Part shown: positions 52,391 through 63,704 of the stretch, piece by piece
Position numbering within the stretch: the first letter of the stretch is position 1
How the letters are laid out: each line of letters begins with the position of its first letter
NCBI GenBank assembly: GCA_965217865.1
Contig: CBDCJO010000002.1
Span: 1,696,001 to 1,760,000 of the forward strand
Source: Candidatus Latescibacterota bacterium
Lineage (GTDB): Bacteria > Latescibacterota > UBA2968 > SICM01
DNA: 64,000 nucleotides
Reading direction: 5' to 3'
Translations under genes and position numbers: made by a program
Notes under the pieces: model-generated
The model's database searches: none
What the model was told of the DNA's origin: nothing
What the model saw: only the letters and a program-made list of their open reading frames with translations

Positions 52391-54671
52391 GTGAAGGTCA
52401 CACCGATGAGAGACGAAGAGAAGACCAGAGAACAACTCACGGCCGAACTGGTAGCCATGCGCAGGAAGGCTGCCGAACTGGAAAGATGGGGGAAAGAGCT
52501 CAAACAGACGGAAAAGGGATTGCAGGAATACGCCACGAACATCGTCGACAGCTCCATTGATATGATTATCGCGGTTGATCTTGATCGAAACATCACCGAA
52601 TTCAACAGGGCGGCACAGGATAATTTCGGGTATCAACGAGATGAAATTCTGGGAAAACACGTATCCGTTCTCTACGTAAATTCACGGGAAGGTTCGGAAA
52701 TTCATCAAACGACAATAACCCAAGGTCGATGCGTCCAGGAAACCCTGAACAAACGAAAGAACGGTGAGGTGTTTCCTTGCCTGGTTTCTGCCTCCGTCTT
52801 GCAGGGGGCTACCGGAGAGGCGATTGGGGTCATGGGTGTATCTCGGGACATCACCCAGGGAAGAAAGTGGGAAGAGCGATTGCGATTCCAGGCCCAGCTA
52901 TTGGACAGTGTCCGCGAGGCGGTTGTCGCTACGGATCTGGAGGGGAAGATCATTTACTGGGGAAAAGGGGCCCAAAACCTGTATGGCTATTATGCCGATG
53001 AGATCATAGGGAAGCCCGCCCATTCCATCGTTCACCCGAATGGTAGGACGGAGGATAAGGAACGGGTGCGTCAAGTCTATGAAAAGGGCGAGTGGAATGG
53101 TCGCTATGTCCAAGAGAGGAAGGACGGTATCGTCTTCTGGGTTGAAGCCAACTTATCTCTGGTAACGGATAAAAGTGGAGCTCCCTGTGGGATGATCGGC
53201 ATTTTCCGGGACATCACCGTGCGCAAGCGGGTGGAGGAGGAGCAAGCACGGTTGAGCCTTGCGGTTGAACAAGCAACGGAGACGATCATGATTACGGAGA
53301 CCGATGGTACGATCGTGTACGTCAACCCGGCTTTCGAAAAAGTCTCCGGATACAGCCGGTCGGAGGTCATAGGACAAGATCCCAGCATCCTAAAAAGCGG
53401 AAAACATGACCCTGCGCACTACCAGGAGATGTGGTCAACGCTGAATCGAGGGAAGGTCTGGGCGGGCCATTTTATTAACAAACGAAAGGATGAAAGTCTG
53501 TACGAAGAGGACGCGATTATCTCGCCAATGTTTGACGATGACGGCCGTGTGATCCATTATGTCGCCGTCAAGAGGGACGTCACCCAGGAGGTCACGCTTG
53601 AAGGGCAACTCCGGCAAGCCCAGAAAATGGAAGCGATCGGCACACTTGCGGGAGGCGTCGCTCACGACTTCAACAACCTTCTTACCACCATCATCGGATT
53701 CTCGGAACTCGCCCTGTATGAGGATATGAGCGACCGGGCGAAGGAATACATCTCCAGGATCCCGAAGCAGGGGAAACGAGCTGCAGAATTGATTTCTCAA
53801 CTTCTCACGTTTAGCCGCCGGGCGGTCACCAGACGCCGAGAATTACAACTGGTTCCTCTTATCAAGGAGACGGTAAAGCTCCTGGAACGGACCGTTCGGG
53901 AGACCATCACGATCCGGTGGAACTCCCCTGATGAGGTCTGGCTCGTAAACGCCGACCCGACCCAGGTGCAGCAAGTGATCATGAACCTGTCCGTGAATGC
54001 GAACCATGCGATGCCGCAGGGGGGTGAACTGACCATCAATATCGAAAACATCAGCCTGGATGAGGCCTATTGCAAACGATATCCATATCTTCGAGCCGTT
54101 TTTTACGACCAAGGAGACAGGTGAGGGTACCGGGCTCGGATTGGCGATGGTTTATGGGATCGTCAAGTCACACGAGGGACATATCAATGTCGAGAGCAGC
54201 CTGGGCGAGGGGACGGCGTTCAAAGTATTCCTCCCGGCCCTAAGAGGTGTTCAAGCAGCGGCCGAAAAGGCTGAAGAGGGGCTTGTAGGAGGGGCGGAAA
54301 CAGTGTTGCTGGTTGAAGATGAAGAGACGGTGTTGTTCGCCGGACAGTCGATGCTGAAAGCCCTGGGTTACAACGTTTTGACGTCGTATAGCGGAGAGGA
54401 CGCGATCGAAATCTATCGATCTCAAAAGGATGAGATTTCACTCGTGATCACGGATATGGTGATGCCCAGGATGAGCGGGCAGGAACTCTTCGCTTCATTG
54501 AAAATGATTCATCCGGCCGTCAACGTGTTGCTTGTGAGCGGGTATAGTTTGGCCGAAGATGTGGCCGATCTGAGCAAGACGGGGTTGAGGGGGTTTGTAC
54601 AGAAACCGTTCAATATCCATACGTTAGACAAAGCCGTGCGAGAGGCCCTCGCTATTGAAGTTGAGAAGTGA
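52391..54671 (+). pseudogene. Three-PAS hybrid histidine kinase-receiver with internal deletion and frameshift
   Basis: H-box AGGVAHDFNN and N-box present. G1 box absent. F/G2 boxes (FEPFFTTK, GTGLGL) and REC domain are in another frame after about 54085. Confidence 0.8.
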
Positions 54672-54719
54672 GGATTGACACGGGCCGGAACCGTAGTTTT
54701 CCCCGCTATATTCCTTTCC

Positions 54720-54748
54720 TTGAAATTCCAGGTCGATCCCCTTATCTT
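54720..54748 (+). promoter_or_regulatory. Possible sigma70 promoter
   Basis: TTGAAA-17 nt-TATCTT upstream of 54786. Confidence 0.4.
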
Positions 54749-54785
54749 AACGCGTAAATAATAAATTTATCATCGGAGCACTTCG

Positions 54786-55400
54786 TTGCAGGAGATTCTT
54801 CCCGATATCTTCCACTGGACGGCCCTCCACGAGGACGTTCATGAGGACGTCCATTCCACCTATATCGCGGCTACGGACCCGGCCGTCCTGATCGACCCCA
54901 TGTTGCCCAAAGAAGGGATCGACTGGTTCAAAGCGCATAACCCCCCCGCCCACATCTTCCTGACAAACCGGCTCCATTACCGGCACAGCGGAGAATATGC
55001 GGCGTCTTTTGGAGCCAGTGTCTGGTGCCATAAGGACGGACTCCACGAATTTTCTGAGGGCGAGGGGGTGTTGCCCTTTCAACATGGAGATGTACTGCCC
55101 GGAGGAATTCTCGCCCTGAAGATTGGTGTGCTGTGCCCGGAGGAGACTGCGCTTTATATCCCTCACTCCGGGGGGATCCTGGCCGTCGCGGACGCAATCG
55201 TCCGGTACGACGGGGATCTCGGATTTGTACCGGACTACCTGCTGGGTGAGAACCCGGAGGCCATAAAGCGGGGCCTTCGAGATGTGTTCCTCGGGCATCT
55301 GGATCGGGACTTCGACCACATGCTCTTCGCCCACGGCGATCCGTGGGTCGGAGGGGCTAAGGCGGGATTGCGCAATTTTCTAGATGGGTTACGGTTCTAA
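54786..55400 (+). CDS. Metallo-beta-lactamase-fold protein
   Basis: VLIDP, LTNRLHYRH, AD and FAHG motifs. Confidence 0.7.
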   Translation: MQEILPDIFHWTALHEDVHEDVHSTYIAATDPAVLIDPMLPKEGIDWFKAHNPPAHIFLTNRLHYRHSGEYAASFGASVWCHKDGLHEFSEGEGVLPFQHGDVLPGGILALKIGVLCPEETALYIPHSGGILAVADAIVRYDGDLGFVPDYLLGENPEAIKRGLRDVFLGHLDRDFDHMLFAHGDPWVGGAKAGLRNFLDGLRF

Positions 55401-55582
55401 AACGAAATCCGTGGGAATAAGCGAAAGCCTGCTTTCCGCATTGAAGATAGGTCGGATAGATTCACCATTTCTTTAAGTGAGACAAGGACATGGACCGGCC
55501 CGGCGGGGTCGTCCGCTTCGAATGGATCAGCCAAATCTGAGGCTCTACGAGATCGATGCACTAAAGTAAAAAGAGATTCGCT

Positions 55583-56984
55583 ATGGCTCCCGGTAGGAAT
55601 GATCCTTGTCCCTGCGGCAGCGGAAAGAAATACAAGAGGTGCTGTTTTATCAAAGAAAAGGTCTCATTAACAACCATTACTCCTCATCTATTGCGAAAGA
55701 CCAGCGATGAGGTTGTGAGCATGCTTTTGGAATATGCGGAGAAGACCTATGGCAACGAAAGTTTGCTGGAAGCCTGGGATGTTCATTGGTCTGATGTGGC
55801 CGGAGAGACGTTTGACTCTGACAACCCTTACCTTCAGGTTTTTATCCCGTGGTATATCTTCCAATGGTATCCGGAGGAATATCATTCCAATCTCAGATTT
55901 CCTTTGAAGCATACGGTCGTTGACCGTTTTCTCAAAGAGAACGGCCGGAAGTTGGGTAATTTTACACGGCGGTTTCTGGAATCTGCGCAAAGGGAACCTT
56001 TGAGTTTCTGGCAGGTTGAGGCTATTGAATACGGTAAAGGAATGTTAATCAAGGATTTTGTCCTAGAGCGCGAGTGTTTCGTATACGAGGATTCCGGGAC
56101 AAAGACCATTAAAAAGTGGGATATTTTGTTCGGGCAGGTCGTCGGTCTGGATGAGGAGTACATTCTGGCCGCAACGGGGCCTTATCCGTTGCAGCCTTCG
56201 ATGTTTCGAGAATACATCAAGGGTTTTACGGACCGAATCAAGGAATCAAATTCTCATTGCGTTAATCCGGTTAATTTTCTGGAATTCGACGTTGATTTTG
56301 TTGCGTGTTACAAACAATGTGTCGAAGATCTGTTAAATCCGCCAATTCCGAAACTCCATAACACAGACGGGCAGAAACTGGTTTTCACAATAACCAGATA
56401 TGCTTTCCCCCGGGAAAAAAGAGAAGAGATCCTCCAAAAGCTGAATTCCATGCGGAACATCGAGTGTGTTGGAGACGATGGCGAAGAATCGGAATTTTTA
56501 TGGATTGTCGAGAGTCGACAGAAAACGCTTTGAGCGTACCACCAAGGGAAACATCAGGATCGGGGAGGGCTACATTCAAATTGAATGCAACAGCCGGTCA
56601 CGAGATAGGCAGGTCAGGACACGGTTTGAAAAAAATGTTGGACGCCTGATCGAATATGAGGGAACAGACTATAAGCCGTTCGAACTAGATGAACTTAAAG
56701 AGACAACTGAGGATCCCGAACACAAAGACCTGGATAACCCCCCGGAGGAAGTGAGCCAGGAGTTTGTCGAGATGATGGAAGGCCTGTATATGAGGTGGGC
56801 GGATGATAAGGTTCCCGCACTGGACAACCAGACTCCAAAGGAAGTCGTTAAGGATCCAGGGGGCAGGGATAAGGTCGTTGCCATGATTAATGATTGGGAA
56901 AATATGGACCTCAGAGATCCTGAACGGCCGTTCCGGTTTGATTTTAACAAGCTGAGAAATGTATTGGGGTTGGAAGTAGAATAA
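55583..56984 (+). pseudogene. SEC-C motif protein split by a frameshift near 56525
   Basis: GRNDPCPCGSGKKYKRCC at the N-terminus. The C-part (W.D..VPALD.QTP.E) continues in the +1 frame. Confidence 0.7.
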
Positions 56985-57085
56985 CGGTCAAATGAAAAAA
57001 CTTTGCGTCTTTTTTTTCCTCCTTCCGTCTATTGTGAGTGAGAGACGTCCTGAGTGTCAAGAAACTCACAAAGAGGAGGCAGGTG

Positions 57086-57185
57086 ATGAAGACTTTGAGA
57101 AATGAAGAGATTCGGAAGGTCGTTCGGGAGACCTACGGAGGGATCGCAAAAGGGGAGTCCGCGGGTTGTGGATGCGGCTGCGTAT
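57086..57185 (+). pseudogene. N-terminal fragment resembling arsenite methyltransferase
   Basis: RBS GAGGAGG followed by MKTLRNEEIRKVVRETYGGIA..GCGCG, then unrelated sequence. Confidence 0.4.
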
Positions 57186-57659
57186 CGGAAAATCATTCGG
57201 GACCAATTGATTGGTTTCTTGCTGTCAGCACTCATTCCCCAATTATGGTTCAGTAACCCGATTTGGAGTAGAAAAAAACCGCATCCCTCCAAGATGCGGC
57301 TTGTCACGGTTCCCCCGTATAATTGATACGATTGTCCATCGCCTCCCTTCCGATGGGGAAGCCTAAATCTATTCAACCTAAAAATGTAAGGAGGGATATT
57401 TTGGATGTCAAGGGAATTAGCGAGGAAGATCGGAAGGAACTTAACTTGGTCTTTCCAGGAATCTGCAACTGGCATTTCTCTAGAAACTGGTCTGGACGCG
57501 AATCCCGTCACGAGCGAAGTGCCGCCGGATCCGGTTCATGACGTCCGCCAAGAGAGCGGGCTTGTGGGGATGTCCGTGGGCGAATACCGTGGGTTCGGCC
57601 GAGTTCAGCTACGCACCAGCCGAAGCGTTGTGCCCGAAAACGTGCCCGTTGTGCGAAAA

Positions 57660-57759
57660 CGAAGGCTACCCACCAGGGTATGATCTGGATGAAGATGACA
57701 CGATTGGGTTTGGAGATTTTCTGATCTTTGCCGGCGACTTCGGCAAGGAAGGGTCATAA
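57660..57759 (+). pseudogene. Orphan EF-hand/dockerin-like C-terminal fragment
   Basis: YDLDEDDTIGFGDFLIFAGDFGK followed by a stop. Confidence 0.5.
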
Positions 57760-57923
57760 CTTGCGCTTCCCGGTTGAAGGGCTGCTGTCCCGAGATATGA
57801 TTCGGGATGCGTAATTACGGTCCGTTCCTCGGATCCTGCCTCTCAGATAAAGCACGGGACGCCTCGTCGAAACCTGAAAGCAGAGCGAATCGACCATCGG
57901 CTGAACGATAGGCAGATGGCCGG

Positions 57924-58262
57924 GTGGTTTCTAGGGAGATTCTCTTCAGGCGCCTGCTCTCGCTCGACTACGTGATCGAGCATACGAGTTTGCCATGGCT
58001 GCCGACCGAGGCGGAGAAGGTCCGGGTCTTCGAGGCACTCGGCATCGAACGACGCCACTTGCCCTTGCGGGTGTATCGTGGAGCGGTGGGGGAGACCTGG
58101 CACTACTTCCCGCTGAAGCTGCCGATTGCATTGGAGCCTAGCCGAGCGGTCTTCGTCTTCATCGATCCTGGATACGACACTCGACCGTCATTCAATCAGT
58201 CGCGGTTCTTCGACGGACAACCGATGGTGACGGTATATGAGAACCAGGAGGGACTGAGCTGA
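57924..58262 (+). pseudogene. Fragment of a mobile-element-associated hypothetical protein
   Basis: Protein-like stretch LFRRLLSLDYVIEH..WLPTE.EKV with no clear start and an abrupt change near the end. Confidence 0.4.
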
Positions 58263-58290
58263 CACCCCTGAGCACTATTGGTGATTTCGC

Positions 58291-58719
58291 ATGACGGACA
58301 TCATGGCGCCCGCTGAGCGTAGTGCTCTCATGAGCCGTATTCGCGGTGCTGACACGAAACCCGAGTTGTTTGTCCGTCGGACGTTGCATGCAATGGGCTA
58401 TCGCTTTCGTACGCACGTCCGCGAGCTTCCCGGCCGTCCCGATTTGGTGTTTTCGAGGCGACATGCCGTGATCTTCGTCCACGGATGCTTCTGGCACAGA
58501 CACGGTTGCAGGAAGACTTATGTCCCCAAGACGCGCGAGACGTTCTGGCGAGAAAAGTTCGCGGGTAACGTCAGCCGGGACAAGCGATACCAAAGTCTGC
58601 TTACCGAGGCGGGTTGGCGGGTACTCGTCGTGTGGGAATGTGAAGTTGAAAGCGATGACTCGCTTCTGGATCGGACCGTCGCATTTCTCGGGCTCCCCCG
58701 CGTGGCGTGCGAAGCATGA
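58291..58719 (+). CDS. vsr: Very short patch repair endonuclease
   Basis: RSALMSRIRGADTKPE, LPGRPD, FVHGCFWH.H, GWRVLVVWEC. Confidence 0.93.
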   Translation: MTDIMAPAERSALMSRIRGADTKPELFVRRTLHAMGYRFRTHVRELPGRPDLVFSRRHAVIFVHGCFWHRHGCRKTYVPKTRETFWREKFAGNVSRDKRYQSLLTEAGWRVLVVWECEVESDDSLLDRTVAFLGLPRVACEA

Positions 58720-58757
58720 CCTTTTACAAACCTCCTGTTCGCTCCAACGGGAAGTCC

Positions 58758-58859
58758 ATGATCCGGACCTTCGACATGTTCTGTGGCGGTGGCGGCAGCA
58801 GCTACGGCGCGGAGATGGCCGGTGCCGAGATTGTCGGTGGCATCGATTCGTGGATCTGA
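58758..58859 (+). pseudogene. C5-cytosine DNA methyltransferase N-terminal stub (motif I)
   Basis: Manual translation MIRTFDMFCGGGGSSYGAEMAGAEIVGGID then stop; immediately after vsr. Confidence 0.75.
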
Positions 58860-58948
58860 AAACGTGCTGGGTGATTCCGCCCAAGGAAAACGCCGCATTC
58901 GTAGCTTGCATGGAGAATCTTCTGGATCTGTATCACCCGGCCCTATGA
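58856..58948 (+). mobile_element. IS630-family transposase internal fragment
   Basis: LKTCWVIPPKENAAFVACMENLLDLY resembles the IS630 W.IP...AAFVA.ME.VL..Y segment. Confidence 0.6.
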
Positions 58949-58949
58949 T

Positions 58950-60104
58950 CCGCTTCCGTCCTCTCCGGCGAGGCGATGCCGTCGCCCACGTCGCGGTAGC
59001 GCGTGAGGAACCATTGCAGGGTGCGGGCCGGGATGTCGACTTCGCCTTCGAGCACGCGCGCCGCGGCCGATGGCGGCGTCAAGGACATCAAGCGAGTGCC
59101 GCCCGTCCCCGTGGGCCAGCGCCCAGGCCCGCAGGTTGTTGGCAGGCAGCACGGTGCGCCTCTCCTCCAGGTGCTCCACCGCCTGCCGCACCACCGCCAG
59201 AGCGGACGGTTGTGCCCGCAGCTCACTCCGAGGGGAGGCCCGCCGCGCGGGCGCCGTTGCGGCCCCGCGCCCCGTCCCGGTCCCTTGCCGGGCCGAGCTC
59301 CTGCGCCAGCGCAGGCGTGTTCTCCCAGCCCCGCTCCTGCATGTAGTCGAGAAGCTCCCGCCGGCGGGTCGAGAACGCCTCCAGCATGGGACGGCGGTAG
59401 CCCGCGATCTCAAACCCCGGCATCCGGCCCACAAGGGTCGGCACCGTGGCGTAGCCGATCTCCTCCAGCCGGGTTCGCAGCTCGTTGCGGTAGTAGGCCC
59501 CGATCAGCAGCTTCGAGCGTTCCACCGAGGTGAACTCGGCGTTGCGCCAGCCCCGTCCCGGCCGCGCGTCATGTTGGCGACCACGGCATGCGTGTGCAGC
59601 TGCGGATCCAGGTTGCGGCTCGCTAGGTGGCGGAAGGTCGCCGCCGCCATGCCATCGGCCTGCACACGCGGGCGACGTCCGGTCGCCTGATTGTAGCTCC
59701 GAGTCTGAAGCAGCTCCGTCTCGATGAAACCCAGTGTGGCGCGCACCGCCTTCGTCGTGCGCACGCACTACTCGCGCTCCGGTGCGGCCGGGCGGTGTAG
59801 ACCAGCGCCTCCAGCGATACCGACTTGGGAGCCGAGAAGGTCACGTCCACGCTCGGCCGGTGCTGGTGCTCGCCGTCGCGCAGCCGTCCGAGACGCAGGT
59901 CGGTGCCGGGAACGTAGCCAGCAAGAACGGCCTCGAAGCGTTTCGGCTTGACCGGCCCGTGCAGGCCGAACAAGGCCACCGCCTCGCCGTGCCAACCGCT
60001 CGCCTTGCGGTGCTAGGGGTCATTGCGCGGGCGTAGTACCCATCCGCCTCGAAGTAGTGCACCGTCATGGCGGCGGCCTTCAGGCGCGTGACGGTCGCGA
60101 CCAT
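58950..60104 (-). pseudogene. MobF/TrwC-type relaxase, multiply frameshifted and truncated
   Basis: YFEADGYYA, DVTFSAPKSVS and HLASRNLDPQLHTHAVVAN (HUH) distributed over several frames. Confidence 0.88.
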
Positions 60105-61202
60105 GGTACTCTACCGTTCCGCTGTGGGATCGGAGCGCTGTTCGGACGGCGCGTCGTTCAGTCTCACCTCGGGGTAGAAGGGGATCGTCACCTCCCGGGT
60201 CGGATAGATGTTCAGTGTGCACCCGACGGACTCGTCGTTCAGCCGCGCCTTCGACGCGCAGGCGGCGAGCAGCGGCGCAAAGTGCTCGACGACGTGGTCG
60301 TTCCACTCGCGGCGGGGATCGCCGAAGGACACGACGCCGGCCTCCCGCTACAACAACGCGCAGACTGCTTTCCAGCGCCCTCGCTGTCCGATTCATCTCC
60401 GCAACGCCTTGGGCGGCTATCTCCGCCTGCCAGCCGTTTTCCTTGGTCTGCCGGGCGGTCGCTTTCAGCCAGCACCCGGCCTGCCTCCGCCGCTGCGTCC
60501 TGGAGTGCGTCGATGCGGGCCGCCGTCGCCCTCACCGTCTCAAGGATCTCCCGGATGGCATCGTCGTGCGCACCGGGCTGCGGAGATGTTGACGCCGGGA
60601 CGCCGCGCCTCTCCTCCTCCGGCGCCATGGTCGCCTCCCGCCCCAGACCCAATGGTCGTGGTTTGTCAAAGAATGGATATCGGTGCCGGTAGGCCGAATC
60701 GCAAGGCTCGTCGGTGATTCCACTCGGAGGCCCTGAAGGTAGGCGAGCACCGCAACGACGCCGGGCGGGGGACGTTGAACGGCGTGAGCTACGGGTTCAA
60801 GCTGAGGCGCTCCCGACGCAGGTACCCCTCCGACCAGTCGCGTCTCTCGCCATCTGATCGAATAAGCGCTGCGCTTCGTGGAACTGACCTCGCGGGCACA
60901 AGATGGTGCGTTCGATCTATGTGTGGCGTTCCACGAGGCGGTGTGTCTCTCGGCCTGCTTCTCTGTCTCTGTCATGCCTGTTCAACGCGTGGCAGGCAGC
61001 AGACCTCCGCGCGCGATCACCCAGAGCGAACAATCAATAGCCAGCTACATCTCCAGGCAGAACTGTGACAGACCTCCATGGGGTGGTCCAGCTAGAACGC
61101 TAGGTGAACGGTGTAAGAGGGACGCACTCGACGCGGCTTTCGGCGCTTTAGCCCGAGACGCTCAGGCGGCCATGGGTGGCTGCTTGATCCGTACATTGTC
61201 GC

Positions 61203-61517
61203 CTACGCTGCACCGGTTAGGCCTTGGACCTCCAACTCCAACATGCGTTCGGCCGAGAAGCCGATCATCTCGCGCAAGGGGTCAGTGTCTGAAGTCTTTT
61301 CCAGCAGCGTGCGTAGGGTAATTGTGTCGTCAGTTTTCTTGGCTCTCCTTAGGGTCAGGGTGGTGTTGGAATCGTCCAACCCTAATCTGGAACCGCGATG
61401 GCCCCCGCCGTGGATAACCGGCTTTCCTCCGCCAGATACTTGGCGACCGCCCGGGCAAGCCGATTTCCACAGCGCCAGAGGCTCCAACATCTCCTACGCC
61501 GTGCTCGGGACACGACC
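61203..61517 (-). mobile_element. IS256-family remnant (left end plus transposase N-terminus)
   Basis: TDD.ITLRTLLEK.SD.D.LREMIGF.AERMLELEV..LTGA; probable terminus GGTCGTGTCCC near 61517. Confidence 0.7.
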
Positions 61518-61527
61518 CTCTTGACGG

Positions 61528-62400
61528 TCAGGATGTGATTGGAAGCGTCGAGGTGTATCCGTTTGACTGCAACTTACCCAGTATCTCAACGGCCTTGGAT
61601 GACTGCTTGTCAGTCGGTGTCTGCGCGGGCACGCGGGACGCAACCCGCAGAACTCCGGTTTCGGCCGCCGTGAGAAGCTTTCGCCCCTGTCCCCAAGCCA
61701 ATGCATCCGCCCAGAACTGTCCGCCCGCTTGCACCACGGCGATCTGAGCTTCGATGCCGTTGAGCTCGCGTTGGTCGCGCCGTGCGGTTCGGGCCGTGTC
61801 ACGTTGTTCATCAGCGGATATCAGCTCGGTAACAAAACCTTGGGGCCACTTGATCGAAAGCTTTCGGACTCGTTCCCAGCAGGCCTGCTTCTTTGCCCAT
61901 TCAGTCACGTTGCTGATCCCAGCGGGCGGATGAATCAGGACTTTATGAGCTTGCTCTGCTGCCGTCGAAACGGCCTCGTCCATTGCGGCCCCCATCGACT
62001 GGAGCTGCCAGATGGAGTCGAAATTCACGGCGCGCTCCTGATCTGCCACGTCATGCGCGATCTTCGCGATGGTGTAGGCGACAATGTTGGCGCGATAACC
62101 GCCTTGGTACCAAGCCTGCGCAGACACGATGCGTTCGGCGGATTTGAAGACGATCGCCTTTGCGACGGCAACGCGATACCAGGCTTCGTTGAAGTCGTCG
62201 GGGGACTTTCTCCAGGCCTGACCGATACGCCGCGCAAAGGCCGCGAAGTTCTTCTGTGCACCTAGACTCACCTCGTGCGGCCGTCCCTCCCAGACATTCA
62301 GGAACTTGGCCAGATCCGTCTTGGTGAAGAGCTGGCTTCTCGGATTCTCCAGATCGAATTTCCTCTCTTCTTCTTTGACAAAGGGGACTTCTGCACGCAT
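61528..62400 (-). pseudogene. AIPR-family protein C-terminal part (5'-truncated)
   Basis: QLFTKTDLAKF..W..PH.VS.GAQKNF, YRANIVAY and NVTEWAKK motifs recalled from AIPR proteins. Confidence 0.65.
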
Positions 62401-62699
62401 TGTGTAAGATGTGCTGCTGTTACCCGGCCGCATCTACGGTCCGGGTCTCCGGTTTGGTAATCGCGCCGTCGAGGGCGTGCCACTTCCAGTCGATACCAAC
62501 AGCTTGCCTCCGGCAACCGGGTGCCGACGCAGGTCAGCCACCCTCGGTGGATGTTCTTGACATTTCCCCATGTCTGTCGTAGCATTCGTTCCGATGGGAG
62601 TAACTATGACGAGCCAAGACGACATCCTCATCATCTCCGAGGACGAGTTGGTTAACTGTTTTATGAGCATACCGTTATCGCGATAAAGGAGTCTACTAA

Positions 62700-62790
62700 A
62701 TGGCTACAGGGACGAGTGCCGTAGTCTATCGCGCCCTCAGCTTGGGGGCTGGGGCGCAGAGTTCAGTCTTGGCGCTTCTGTTATCCCGAT
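62700..62790 (+). pseudogene. PP-loop (PAPS-reductase-like) N-terminal stub
   Basis: ALSLGAGAQSSVLALL motif, then joined to unrelated sequence. Confidence 0.5.
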
Positions 62791-62839
62791 CCGATGGACG
62801 TCTTGGTAAAAGCGGCCTGAGAGAAAGCCTCGGCCGTTT

Positions 62840-63375
62840 CGGATTGGGCACCATGTCGCGCACCGGCGCAATCTGCCCAAGCTGCGGCACAATCATGACC
62901 ATGGAGGATATCCGCTTCGAAGGAACGCGCCGACGGCTGGCTGCAATCATGACCACTGTAGTGGTAGATGGATCAAAGGGAAAGGAATACCAGGCTACCT
63001 ACGGATCATGAACGCGCGGTAGCGGAGGTGACCGAAGAACAACTTCGGGCGCTCTATGCAGAGATCCCGTTCGGGTTGCCGGACGAGCCTTTGCCGAGCA
63101 AGGAGGTGCTTGGATTTCGTGTTCCACTTTACGGCTTCGACACGTGGCGGAAGCTGTTTACGAACCGGCAGCTATTGACGCTTGGAGAGTTCGTTCTCAC
63201 ACTGCGCAACATGCCGAAGCAACTTGCCGACCACCCACCTGAATGGACAGAATCACTGTTCGCCATGTGCATTTCCATCATCAACCGCATGGCTGACCGA
63301 GGTACGTTTGGCGACATGGACCAACAATCCGGAACAAATTAGGAGCACGTTTGCGCGATTCGAATTGCCGATCAC
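62840..63375 (+). pseudogene. DUF1156-type DNA methylase internal fragment, frameshifted
   Basis: GTMSRTGAICPSCG..GKEY/RLPT..PFGLPDEPLP..GFRVPLYG..W..LFTNRQLL across frames. Confidence 0.6.
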
Positions 63376-63704
63376 AGGAGCGCTGAAAACCTTGCGAAGG
63401 TGTTTCAAAACGTGATTGTTGAAGCCGTTGCGGCCGATACGCGCGGATGTGCAATTGGATTCCAAACGGCACAATCGCTTTAAAAACAAACGACGAGAAC
63501 ATGCAAGCTCAGTTTACAGACCAGCGAGCCGACTACGGAAAGAAGATTGCTGAAATCAAGTCGGATATGGTTGAACTCAAGCGGATCGCGATCAAAAACG
63601 GGAGTCGATCTATACGAAGCATCCCTTGAAGAATGGACCAAACACGTTTGGTCCATTATCACTTTGTCAAGTATATAATTACCGCGAAAAAAAGGAGAAG
63701 TGAC

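Noticed and set aside
56531-56533. Selenocysteine read-through of the TGA in the SEC-C gene
   Set aside because: The continuation is in a different frame, so read-through would not join the halves.
60110-61070. ORFs in the GC-rich stretch upstream of the relaxase
   Set aside because: Several overlapping frames with no recognisable family; cannot choose a real gene or locate an oriT.
63645-63680. Fur box upstream of the final receptor-like gene
   Set aside because: Only a CATTATC half-site is present, which is insufficient.
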